From the NCBI GenBank assembly GCA_023266935.1, contig JAHFOF010000002.1, positions 4,469 through 68,468 on the forward strand: 64,000 nt of DNA, in the 5' to 3' direction. Positions 48,927-58,391 of the stretch are shown piece by piece. This DNA comes from a bacterium (lineage in GTDB: Bacteria; Patescibacteriota; Minisyncoccia; Phycocordibacterales; Zambryskibacteraceae). Each line of letters begins with the position of its first letter. The stretch's first letter is position 1. The notes under the pieces are model-generated. The model worked only from the letters and a program-made list of their open reading frames with translations, ran no database searches and was not told where the DNA came from. A program made the translations under genes and the position numbers.

Positions 48927-48932
48927 CAGAAA

Positions 48933-48960
48933 ACTATACTCAAATATAAAGAATTGTCAA
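48933..48960 (-). promoter_or_regulatory. Sigma70-type promoter for the array-tas-array transcript
   Basis: TTGACA(48955-60)-16 bp-TATAGT(48933-38); predicted TSS about 48926, the first base of the first unit. Confidence 0.75.
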
Positions 48961-49013
48961 ATAAATTTATAAAAGAAAAAACACATCGACTGACTATGCT
49001 ACAATATTTATAA

Positions 49014-49994
49014 ATGTACGATTTAATTTCTATTGGTGACACTGTCATAGATTGTTTTATAAAACTTAAAGAAGCGGAAGTTTCGGGAACACCAGACAGC
49101 CCGGATTATAAAATTTGCCTACCCTTCGCAGAAAAAATACCTTATGAGAGCGTGAAGGTTGTGCCTGCAGTAGGAAATTCAGCCAATGCTTCTGTTTCTG
49201 CTTCTAAACTTGGATTAAAGACTGGTTTGGTGACCAACATCGGGGATGATCAGAATGGTCAAGACTGTTTGGATACTTTCACTAAAGATGGAGTGGCCAA
49301 AGATTTTATAAAAGTGAACGTGGGGAAAAAAACTAACTATCATTATGTTTTGTGGTACAGCCCAGACAGAACAATTTTAGTAAAGCACGAAGATTTTGAA
49401 TACAATCTGCCGAACATCGGTGAACCCAAGTGGCTTTATCTTTCTTCGCTTGGAGAACAGACGGTTGAATATCATAAACAGATTTCAAATTATTTAATTT
49501 CTCATCCAAACATCAACCTCGCCTTTCAACCAGGAACATTTCAAATAAATTTTGGAGTTGAGAACCTTAAAGATATCTATGCTCGAACAAAAATATTTTT
49601 TTGCAATGTAGAAGAAGCTGGGAGGGTGCTCGGGATAACTACCCTCGGCGTTCCTGAACTTCTTAAACGCATTCACGCCCTCGGTCCACAAATTGTGGTG
49701 ATTACCGATGGGCCAAAAGGAGCCTATGCCTACGACGGAGCACAAACCCTGTTTGCCCCCGGATTCCCAGAACACGAACCTCCATTCGAACGTACCGGAG
49801 CTGGAGATGCTTTCGCCTCAACTACTACTTCGGCTTTAATCCTCGGCAAGGATTTACCCACCGCCCTTTCTTGGGGGGCAGTAAATAGTATGAATGTCTG
49901 TAGATTCATCGGCGCCCAAGAAGGACTGCTCACTCACGAACAAATCGAAGCCGAACTTTCCAAAAATCCAACTTATAAAGTTTCTGCTATCTGA
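49014..49994 (+). CDS. PfkB-family carbohydrate kinase
   Basis: GNSANAS, VITDGPKGA and ERTGAGDAF motifs. Confidence 0.92.
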   Translation: MYDLISIGDTVIDCFIKLKEAEVSGTPDSPDYKICLPFAEKIPYESVKVVPAVGNSANASVSASKLGLKTGLVTNIGDDQNGQDCLDTFTKDGVAKDFIKVNVGKKTNYHYVLWYSPDRTILVKHEDFEYNLPNIGEPKWLYLSSLGEQTVEYHKQISNYLISHPNINLAFQPGTFQINFGVENLKDIYARTKIFFCNVEEAGRVLGITTLGVPELLKRIHALGPQIVVITDGPKGAYAYDGAQTLFAPGFPEHEPPFERTGAGDAFASTTTSALILGKDLPTALSWGAVNSMNVCRFIGAQEGLLTHEQIEAELSKNPTYKVSAI

Positions 49995-49998
49995 TTAT

Positions 49999-52900
49999 CT
50001 ATCTTCCTTGATTTAGATATTCTTGGAATGATTTTATGAGCGCGTCTAAACTTGCAACAACTGATGCAAGATTAGATTCTTGTTGATTCATAATTACAGC
50101 TGGTCCATGAACCGAACCTCCTCCGGTTGGCGCAGAGGTAGGACAGGCAGAAGGTGCTACTGCTGATACTGTTTGCGATGGGCTTGATTCACCAACTGAA
50201 TTCCTTGCGGTTACATAGTACGAATATGTTGCGCCAGGAGTAAATCCACCGGATGCTGAGGTCACACCACTGTCTGAGTAGGATGTACCTGATATGGTTA
50301 CTTGCAAAGGCATACCTCCATAGAAAGCATTGTTTCCACCGTAAATCGAATAAGAAATTGCATTCGACACTGCACTCCACGAGAGGCTGATAGTGTGAGA
50401 ATCACATGAACCTGATGTTGCAGATAATCCTGTTGGGACTACTGGGACTGTAGCTGTCGGCTGGCTCACATTTATTGTGACATTTGCTGAGGCTGTCGTT
50501 CCATTTGTACCAGTACAAGTAACTGTGTATGTAGTGGTTTGATAGATTGGACCGACTGATTGACTGTTGTATATCTCCCCTGCACCATTATTGTATTGAG
50601 TTCCTATCCAAGGAGCTGAACACGAAGAAACATTGTATCCATGCCAATCTAACACTGATGAAGTTCCGGGCAATACATTACTTGAACCAAAGTTATAACT
50701 TGGATTAATTGCAACTGTAACTCGAGGCGAAGGAACGACTATCACAGGAGAAACAGTAACAGTGGTATTCACTGTAGTAGAAATCCCAGCACTGTTATAA
50801 CATGTGGCACTATAGGTAGACGTTTGGGTTGGGTATAAATCCTTAAACACCGGCCACATTAGAACTTCATTTGGCCACAAACAACGAGCCGTATCCGCAG
50901 AAGAATTTAATGTAATCCTAGTTGATTGTCCCGCGGTAATTGATGTTGGGTTTGCGGTCAGAGAAACGGTTGGAGCAGTTGAGTTAAGTAATGGAGAAAC
51001 AGTAACTGTTAAATTCTTCATTGCATATGGACCACTCGCCCCGTTATAACATGTGATGCCATAACCTGTAGAAGCAGTTGGACTGATAGTCACAGAACCA
51101 CTTGTGTTTGTTCCTGATGAAAGAATCCCAACATTACAGGTAGTTGCGTTTGTAGCAGACCAAGTAATTGTTGTTGATTGGCCGACTATTATAGAACTTG
51201 GTGTCGCTATAAATGATATTACCGGCGTTTGAACAACAGATGTTTGAACGGTTAAACTATCATTTGCTGATACACCAGCACTGTTGTAACAAGTCATTGT
51301 ATAGGATGTTGTCTGTGTTGGGTAAACAGTAGCAGTGCCAGAAGTCGTTGTGAGTGTTGTCCACGGAGCAGAACATCTGGTTGTATTTGTTGATGACCAA
51401 GAAATAACTGATGGTGATCCACTGGTAACGATTAATGGTCCGGGAGTAAATGACAGCTCCACAGTTGGTACCGAAGGACTTGAAGATGTTTTGTAAATCG
51501 TCAGACTCTTTGTGTCACTTGGATTAACATCGTATGAATTTCTATATCCTTTGAGTGTATAGGTTGACTGATTTGCCCCCGTTACATTTGACCAAGAAAC
51601 AAAGAACGGATTTACAATTATGTTTGCATAGCCTGAATCTGTTTGACGAGAGACACTATCTACGCCGTTTGTAGTCTGGATTAAATCAATATGGTTACAT
51701 CCATTGGCAATATAATTCAGATTAGCAATAGCTAATGCACTAGGATCAGAAACATTTAGAGTAATGCCTTGCATAGGACTCTGAGTATAGCTTGTCCCAT
51801 TTGCTGTAAATGAAGTGATATTGCAACTTCCGTTGTTCGCGGTCGTAGTTTGGGTTGTGCTGTTTTGAACAGTAACAGTTACACCATTGTTGGCTGACGG
51901 AGGAATGGAACCGTTTATACTGTCACCGTTATAACAAAAAACATAATATGGCATGGTGGCAGTTGGATATACCATTTGACTACCACTTGGACCAGAATTT
52001 CCCCTAACATCATTTGGGCCCAAGCATTTAGTAGCATTCGTTGACGTCCAATTAATGGTTGCTGATTGCCCTGCTGTAATTGATGTTGGGGTTGCCCAAA
52101 CATTGACAGTAGGAGTTGAGACTGTATTAGTTATGGTGGTTGTGTTAGTAGGAGTGCTTATTTTGGTCAAATAATCCTCTGCGCTCCATCCTTGAAAATT
52201 GCCCGGCCAACGAACCATCCACCAACGAGCGCCATTTTGACTACTCAAATCTGTTGTGACTGGACCCATAATCAAGGTGCCAATTGTTCCCGCCGGAAGT
52301 GTTTTGAGTAATCGTGCTGTTGCGCCTTGGGCTTCGCGCACATTTAAATTCTGTGAGGCCCTCACCGTGTCCCAAGGTTTAAGTGGAGAAACTGAGGCTG
52401 CATTTGGATCAAATGGCACAGACAAACTTGCAATAGCTCCGGTGACAGCTGCATAAGCACAATTGTTTACCAAAACTTCATCTACCCCGTCAGCTCCTAA
52501 CTTTGTATTTGTGTATTGTGTGTATGATCGAGCATCTGCAATTAATTTAACATACCCCGGAATTTCATATGATCGTGTTCCCATAACAAACATGGCATCG
52601 TTAGCTGAATCAATCCAAGGTTGAAGGAGTGGGCCAACCACGAAATAACTGACTAGCCCAATGACTATTTGTTTGTAATTAAGACTTATATGTACTTTTG
52701 ATATTAAGGTTCCGCTTTGATTGTCTTTTTGAATGGCTCGACACTCATCCTGAAGTCCGGCTACAGTAATTCCGGGATGTGTCCAAGTTGTATTATCGGC
52801 TTGAATCTTCTGACTCGCCCAAGTTTGAGTAGCAGGAATATAAACTATCTGATAAGCAGCAATCCTTCCTGAAGCAAGCCAAACGCTTACAGCCCGATTA

Positions 52901-53403
52901 TCACTCGATGTTGGTAAATTGGTCGCATTTATAAGAGACATATTGGCTCTATAAACAGAGCTGCCAATGCAACCCTCCTTATTACTTTCTTTATCTACTA
53001 ATCCACAGTTTTGATTATTACCAAGAACATCAACGCTTGAAATATCTAAGTGGGTCCAATCTGTCGCACCGGTCTTATCATCTGTTTTTTTCACCATCCA
53101 AGTCCTTGCATTTGGAGAATAAAGAACCTGCCAGGTTTTGTTGTAATTATGAACTGTATATACATCAGCCAAGCCATTTACATAATTCACCACCCCACCT
53201 TGACTACCAACAACCCCCGCAGGAGAACTGGGTGATCCACCAACCACATCACCGCCTGAATCTTGAGCCACAAGAGCCTGAATCTGGGCTTGTAACGATT
53301 GAATCTGAGCTTGAAGTTCAGCGATTGTCACTGCGCCTGCGGTGGGAGTAATGGCTGAAAAAACAAACACAAATAGAAAAGCGAACGATAGCAGTTTTTT
53401 CAT
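49999..53403 (-). CDS. Large secreted/surface protein (SH3-like domain, Thr/Ser-rich Ig-like repeats, Fn3)
   Basis: Signal peptide, IAELQAQIQSLQAQI, LNVR..WWMVRW..GWSAEDYL, repeated SITxGQS..WxS..C..Y..TC. Confidence 0.8.
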   Translation of the reverse strand: MKKLLSFAFLFVFVFSAITPTAGAVTIAELQAQIQSLQAQIQALVAQDSGGDVVGGSPSSPAGVVGSQGGVVNYVNGLADVYTVHNYNKTWQVLYSPNARTWMVKKTDDKTGATDWTHLDISSVDVLGNNQNCGLVDKESNKEGCIGSSVYRANMSLINATNLPTSSDNRAVSVWLASGRIAAYQIVYIPATQTWASQKIQADNTTWTHPGITVAGLQDECRAIQKDNQSGTLISKVHISLNYKQIVIGLVSYFVVGPLLQPWIDSANDAMFVMGTRSYEIPGYVKLIADARSYTQYTNTKLGADGVDEVLVNNCAYAAVTGAIASLSVPFDPNAASVSPLKPWDTVRASQNLNVREAQGATARLLKTLPAGTIGTLIMGPVTTDLSSQNGARWWMVRWPGNFQGWSAEDYLTKISTPTNTTTITNTVSTPTVNVWATPTSITAGQSATINWTSTNATKCLGPNDVRGNSGPSGSQMVYPTATMPYYVFCYNGDSINGSIPPSANNGVTVTVQNSTTQTTTANNGSCNITSFTANGTSYTQSPMQGITLNVSDPSALAIANLNYIANGCNHIDLIQTTNGVDSVSRQTDSGYANIIVNPFFVSWSNVTGANQSTYTLKGYRNSYDVNPSDTKSLTIYKTSSSPSVPTVELSFTPGPLIVTSGSPSVISWSSTNTTRCSAPWTTLTTTSGTATVYPTQTTSYTMTCYNSAGVSANDSLTVQTSVVQTPVISFIATPSSIIVGQSTTITWSATNATTCNVGILSSGTNTSGSVTISPTASTGYGITCYNGASGPYAMKNLTVTVSPLLNSTAPTVSLTANPTSITAGQSTRITLNSSADTARCLWPNEVLMWPVFKDLYPTQTSTYSATCYNSAGISTTVNTTVTVSPVIVVPSPRVTVAINPSYNFGSSNVLPGTSSVLDWHGYNVSSCSAPWIGTQYNNGAGEIYNSQSVGPIYQTTTYTVTCTGTNGTTASANVTINVSQPTATVPVVPTGLSATSGSCDSHTISLSWSAVSNAISYSIYGGNNAFYGGMPLQVTISGTSYSDSGVTSASGGFTPGATYSYYVTARNSVGESSPSQTVSAVAPSACPTSAPTGGGSVHGPAVIMNQQESNLASVVASLDALIKSFQEYLNQGR

Positions 53404-53474
53404 TACTTTTGGATTATTTTTTTAACAGTATTAATTATAACTCTAAAATATTTATACGCATATAATCACCTTAT

Positions 53475-56400
53475 CTAGGGGTTAATATAACTCTGAAGGG
53501 ATTGAAACATTATATTCAGACCGGCCATAATTGAAGCCAGATTGGTATTATTGATAAAAGTAACTGGGTTTGAAACTGTTATGCCGATCCCCGTGCCAGC
53601 ATCATTTCCAGCTTGATCCCAAACTGTTACCTGAACACTATGTGGACCATTAGAAACTGTAGTTGAATTCCAAGACATACTAAAGGGAGCAGATTGTATC
53701 GGTGATCCTAAATTTACACCGTCTACTGCGAACTGGACTCTGGCTATCCCAACATTGTCTGTGGCGTTCGCTGAAATATTTACTAAACCAGAAACCGTTG
53801 CACCTTCTTGTGGTGATGTGATTGAGACATTTGGATGTATCGTGTCGGCTCCTTGAGCCACAACATTCACAATTGTACTATTGCCTGCATTTATTCCGTT
53901 GCCAGCACAACTAATATTATAAGTTGTTGTTTGACTTAACGGCCCCACAGTTTCTGTTCCTGATGTAGATTTGTTACCAGACCAACCGCCGTATGCTGAA
54001 CATGACGTAGTATCTGTTGAAGACCAGATGATATTTACTGATTGACCAGAGGCAATTGGATTCGCACTTGAAGAAATAGAAACCGTTGGATTGTTCGCAC
54101 AAGATGCGGGTGAAGAAATATTTACCGGATTAGAAACTGGAGAGATGTTGCTACCATTCACAGCCTTAACTCTATAATATAAATTAATATTCGGTGAACC
54201 CACATTGTCACTAAACGACGTTCCAACTATTCCTGTGCTTCCAGCAGGATTTCCAAATCCACTAGTCGCTAACGTACTCCTTTCGACGGTATACGAAGCT
54301 GCTCCTGATACAGAACCCCAAGACAAATTAATTTCTCCAGAATTACATGCACCAGCTGACGCAGTTAAACCCGTTGGAGCTACCAAGGCTGTGGCTGAAC
54401 CATTGGCCACAAAACAGCTATTTGAAGCAGTTATCCAAGAACCAAATGAGCAACCAGGATATGCAGATTTAGTGTGAACTTGAAGAATAGAGCCAGTCTG
54501 GCCTGTCGGGCAAGAAATAATTTGTTGTTCTGAAAGTGGTTCAGCACACGAAGACACTGAAAGTGGCGTGGAATTATTTGTGCTGTTTGAAGCACATGTG
54601 TTAGATACTGTTGCCCAAGAACCAAATAAACAACCCAAACTGGATGACTTGGTTCTAACCTGAACAATAGATCCTGTTTGACCAGATGGGCAAACTACAG
54701 TTTGTGTTTCAGAAAGTGGGGATGGACAAGAGGCATCTGCAGCACTTGCACATGTGTTCGAAGTGGTTGTCCAAGACCCAAATGTACAACTTGGATAAGC
54801 TGATTTTGTGTGAGTTTGAGTGATGTGTCCGGTTTGGCCAGATGGACAAGCTATGGTCTGAGTCTCAGCAAGAGGAAATGTGCACGTTGTGTTTGTTGTT
54901 GTCGTGGTTGGAGTTACCACACAAGTGTTCGAGGTTGTTGTCCAAGATCCAAATGTACAACTTGGATAAGCTGATTTTGTGTGAGTTTGAATGATATGTC
55001 CTGTTTGGCCAGATGGACAAGCTACTGTTTGTGTTTCGGAAAGCGGAGATTGGCAAACAGTATTAGCTGAATCAGCAAAAAACAAAACAGATATCGTACA
55101 CTCACCCATAATAGCGCCAGTGGTATAAGTCGAACCAGAAAGTGTCCCCTCGCAACCCTTGACCGAAACAACATGCTGTCCAATATTTGAAGAAATAGTG
55201 AAAATGGCCTTGCTACCAGATATTATCAATTGAGAAGTCGGTGAAATAGTTCCACCTGGTCCAACATTTGTTGAAACAACAAATGAACAAAGTGAAGAAA
55301 CTTTTCCTGTGGTAGAAACAGCAGGAGAAACGCTTGTATCGTTCAGGGCTTTCAATGTATACGAATGAGTACTACTAAAAGCAAGATTTGTATCAGAGAA
55401 AGCCAGAGCTGGACCTTCATAGACCAACGCTCCATCTCTATAAACTTGGTAGCTTGTGGCTCCATCCACTGCATTCCAAGAAAGGTTTACCCAATTATTA
55501 CTACAATAGCTCGGCGAAGCCACAAAACCTGTTGGGGGAATATTGGTTAAATAAACTTTTTTCTGAACTACACTCTCGACAGCAACATTCATTGGTACTG
55601 TATTAGAAAGTACGCTTCCATATTGTGACGCAAATCCAACCAAATATGATCCTGGATCTATATTTGATTTAAGGATCGCATTAATAGTGGTTATGCCCTC
55701 TGAATCATTACTAGCAGAAACTGTGGTATACCATTCTCCCGCCGCCCCAATTCCAGTAAAAAGCTCAAGTCTGGCACCCCCGGGAACAGAATAATTTAAA
55801 TCTGTCCTAACTCTTGTTTTAATAGTGAACTTACCTCCAACCGAAACAGGATTGGGTGTAATAGAAATCACTTCATCGGGCACATCAGCATTTGTGGTTG
55901 AGTCATCTGAAGAAACTACCGTTAGCGGGAGAGTGTTGGAGACTAAAACAGGGGCAGAGGAACCATTATATTGACCATAACCAACTCTATAGATTCCAGG
56001 TGGAACTTCTGTTGTATTCAAATCCGCAACAATAGTGGTTATATTGTTCGAGTCAGTATTGGAGGAAACTGTTTTATACCATATTTCATGAGGACGATCG
56101 TTCGTATAAAGCGTCAGATAGGTTAAACCATAAGATTGATTAGATGATTCAGGTACGACTTTTGTTTTTATAATAAATCTTCCACCAACCTTGATTGGAT
56201 TCGGGCTAAGAGAGATAATATCTGACAAAACTCTTTTTTCTGGTTCAGTAGTTTTTTGAGTACTTGTCTCAGAATTTGACTTGGGTTCGCCAGAAGATAC
56301 AGCGGTTGTATCATTATTCTTAAACACATTTGGCACAACTGAAGACACTAGATTCGACACAAACCCAGAAACTGTATCCATGAGTGAATTAAGTTTTGAT

Positions 56401-57338
56401 TTTGGAATAACATGCACAGATAGATTGCCCTCAACACCTCCCCCTTTAATAGCAATAGTCACATCACCGACAGAATTTGCTTTTATGGTTGGACCAGCAG
56501 TAATTGAAGCGATAGATGGATCAGGATTTCTAGCATTCATAGGGGGTTGGGGAGACATTTTTTGGTCAAATTGGTCAAGAACGACCACAGAGATTACCTG
56601 AGAGTCACCGACTTTCAATGTAATAGAACTCGGATATATTTTAATATCAAACGCTATTGGTATGTTTATTGCCACTTTTTGAGTATCGCCTTTTAAAGAA
56701 GCGCACCAATCAATCTCTCCATCATTTTTATAAAATCTTTTGGTATTTTTTTTTGTATCTGGGTTATAGTCTACCGCCGATGAATAGCTGTTTAAGCATT
56801 GCCAAAAAACAACACTCGTCTGATGTTCGCCGTTTGATCGATCTTTATCTATATGTATATCGCATTCATCTAATCGGCACATTGAATCTGATCCTTTATA
56901 TGTATAGCTGCCATCCTGCCCCATGTTGTCTACAGAACAACTATTTTTATAAGAGACTTCATCTCCACCCTTATTAACACATGAAAAACTAAGATCAAGG
57001 CTGGGGCATAGACCATCCTTGCGACTCTCTAATTTTGATTTTATGCGGGCAATCGCAGAATCCATTTTTAATTTACAGTCCTTAGACAGATTCTCGTATG
57101 ATGGATTGTCACTTTGATTCTGGCTGGCTGTAGTCGAAGTTTCTCCTCCTCCACTGCCTCCAGTATTATTCAATTTACACAATGATGGATCGGCAATGCA
57201 TGGATCTTCGTTAGAAACCTCCACTGGCAATGCTGGAGCTTGGAGTTCGGGGATTAACATCACACTCGCTTTGACTTCAATTTGATATGTAAAGAAAGAG
57301 GTAACCAGCAGAAGAAAGACTATTAGAGACTTTTTCAT
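53475..57338 (-). CDS. Large secreted/surface protein (Ig-like, Fn3, Cys-rich repeats, C-terminal bacterial Ig-like domain)
   Basis: Signal peptide, Fn3 motifs, four CxxPLxExQxxxCPxGQTG repeats, ATDNVGIARVQF. Confidence 0.8.
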   Translation of the reverse strand: MKKSLIVFLLLVTSFFTYQIEVKASVMLIPELQAPALPVEVSNEDPCIADPSLCKLNNTGGSGGGETSTTASQNQSDNPSYENLSKDCKLKMDSAIARIKSKLESRKDGLCPSLDLSFSCVNKGGDEVSYKNSCSVDNMGQDGSYTYKGSDSMCRLDECDIHIDKDRSNGEHQTSVVFWQCLNSYSSAVDYNPDTKKNTKRFYKNDGEIDWCASLKGDTQKVAINIPIAFDIKIYPSSITLKVGDSQVISVVVLDQFDQKMSPQPPMNARNPDPSIASITAGPTIKANSVGDVTIAIKGGGVEGNLSVHVIPKSKLNSLMDTVSGFVSNLVSSVVPNVFKNNDTTAVSSGEPKSNSETSTQKTTEPEKRVLSDIISLSPNPIKVGGRFIIKTKVVPESSNQSYGLTYLTLYTNDRPHEIWYKTVSSNTDSNNITTIVADLNTTEVPPGIYRVGYGQYNGSSAPVLVSNTLPLTVVSSDDSTTNADVPDEVISITPNPVSVGGKFTIKTRVRTDLNYSVPGGARLELFTGIGAAGEWYTTVSASNDSEGITTINAILKSNIDPGSYLVGFASQYGSVLSNTVPMNVAVESVVQKKVYLTNIPPTGFVASPSYCSNNWVNLSWNAVDGATSYQVYRDGALVYEGPALAFSDTNLAFSSTHSYTLKALNDTSVSPAVSTTGKVSSLCSFVVSTNVGPGGTISPTSQLIISGSKAIFTISSNIGQHVVSVKGCEGTLSGSTYTTGAIMGECTISVLFFADSANTVCQSPLSETQTVACPSGQTGHIIQTHTKSAYPSCTFGSWTTTSNTCVVTPTTTTTNTTCTFPLAETQTIACPSGQTGHITQTHTKSAYPSCTFGSWTTTSNTCASAADASCPSPLSETQTVVCPSGQTGSIVQVRTKSSSLGCLFGSWATVSNTCASNSTNNSTPLSVSSCAEPLSEQQIISCPTGQTGSILQVHTKSAYPGCSFGSWITASNSCFVANGSATALVAPTGLTASAGACNSGEINLSWGSVSGAASYTVERSTLATSGFGNPAGSTGIVGTSFSDNVGSPNINLYYRVKAVNGSNISPVSNPVNISSPASCANNPTVSISSSANPIASGQSVNIIWSSTDTTSCSAYGGWSGNKSTSGTETVGPLSQTTTYNISCAGNGINAGNSTIVNVVAQGADTIHPNVSITSPQEGATVSGLVNISANATDNVGIARVQFAVDGVNLGSPIQSAPFSMSWNSTTVSNGPHSVQVTVWDQAGNDAGTGIGITVSNPVTFINNTNLASIMAGLNIMFQSLQSYINP
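54417..55055 (-). repeat. Four intragenic repeats, each encoding an approximately 45-aa 4-Cys module
   Basis: Two copies are near-identical at DNA level (e.g. CCAAATGTACAACTTGGATAAGCTGATTTTGTGTGAGTTTGA). Confidence 0.85.
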
Positions 57339-57368
57339 TAAAAATTTTTAGTTTATAAACTTCTATAA

Positions 57369-58367
57369 TTATACCAGCAATTTTTTGACTGCCTTTAGTA
57401 TATCTTTCTCCCCCATCCCATAATGTTCTATGAGCTCGTCTGGGGTACCAGATTGACCAAATTGATCTCGCACTCCAATAAACTCAATAGGTACTGGATA
57501 TTTTGAAGACAAGCATTCGGCCACGGCTGAACCCATGCCTCCAGCGATCTGATGCTCTTCGACAGTCACCACTCTACCCGTCCTCTTCACTGCATTTATA
57601 ATAGTTTCTTCATCGAGAGGTTTAATAGTTGAAAGATTCACCACGATACTGCCGATGTTTTCTGCTTCCAAACTTTTTGCAGCTAAAAGTGCTTTATAGA
57701 CCAATGCTCCTGTGGCAATGATTGTCACTTTGTGGTCCTGCCTACCGGCAGGCAGGTTTTCTGATTCATAAAATATTTGGGCCTTGCCTATTTCAAACAG
57801 AGTTTCTTCTGTGGTCATCACCGGAGTTTTCTCTCGAGCCAGACGAATATAAACTGGCGCATCAACTTCTACGCAAGCAATCGTCGCTTTCTTCGCTTCA
57901 ACTGCATCGCACGGAGAAATCACAATCATTCGAGGAATAACACGAGTGAGAGCGATGTCTTCTATGGCTTGATGGGTTCCTCCATCGGGCCCAACAGAAA
58001 CTCCAGAATGTGAACCGATGATTTTTACTGGGCGATTGTTGTAGCAAATTGTTGTCCTGATTTGTTCCCAATTTCTGCCGGGAGAAAACATCGCATAACT
58101 GGCGATAAAAGGAATCTTGCCCATCGCTGACATCCCACTCGCCACACTGGCAAGATTTTGTTCAGCTACCCCCATCTCTATAAATCGATTTGGAAACTTT
58201 TCTTTAAAAGCCAGCACTTGAGCGGATTCAGTCAGGTCTGCACAGAGAGCTACTACTTGAGGGTTTTTCTCTCCAGCGACGACCAATCCTTCTCCAAATC
58301 CTTTGCGAATAGGAATCTGTTCACAATCCTTATCAAATATTTTTTTGTTTAGGGTTTTGTTAAGCAT
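57369..58367 (-). CDS. Transketolase, C-terminal subunit
   Basis: EMGVAEQN, GPDGGTHQ and TVEEH motifs. Confidence 0.93.
   Translation of the reverse strand: MLNKTLNKKIFDKDCEQIPIRKGFGEGLVVAGEKNPQVVALCADLTESAQVLAFKEKFPNRFIEMGVAEQNLASVASGMSAMGKIPFIASYAMFSPGRNWEQIRTTICYNNRPVKIIGSHSGVSVGPDGGTHQAIEDIALTRVIPRMIVISPCDAVEAKKATIACVEVDAPVYIRLAREKTPVMTTEETLFEIGKAQIFYESENLPAGRQDHKVTIIATGALVYKALLAAKSLEAENIGSIVVNLSTIKPLDEETIINAVKRTGRVVTVEEHQIAGGMGSAVAECLSSKYPVPIEFIGVRDQFGQSGTPDELIEHYGMGEKDILKAVKKLLV
57737..57756. repeat. Palindromic element CCTGCCTACCGGCAGGCAGG inside the transketolase gene (encodes LPAGRQ)
   Basis: CCTGCCT/AGGCAGG 7-bp stem, GC-rich, in the linker before the C-terminal domain. Confidence 0.65.
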
Positions 58368-58391
58368 TTCATTTATAGTGAGCTAGTCGAA

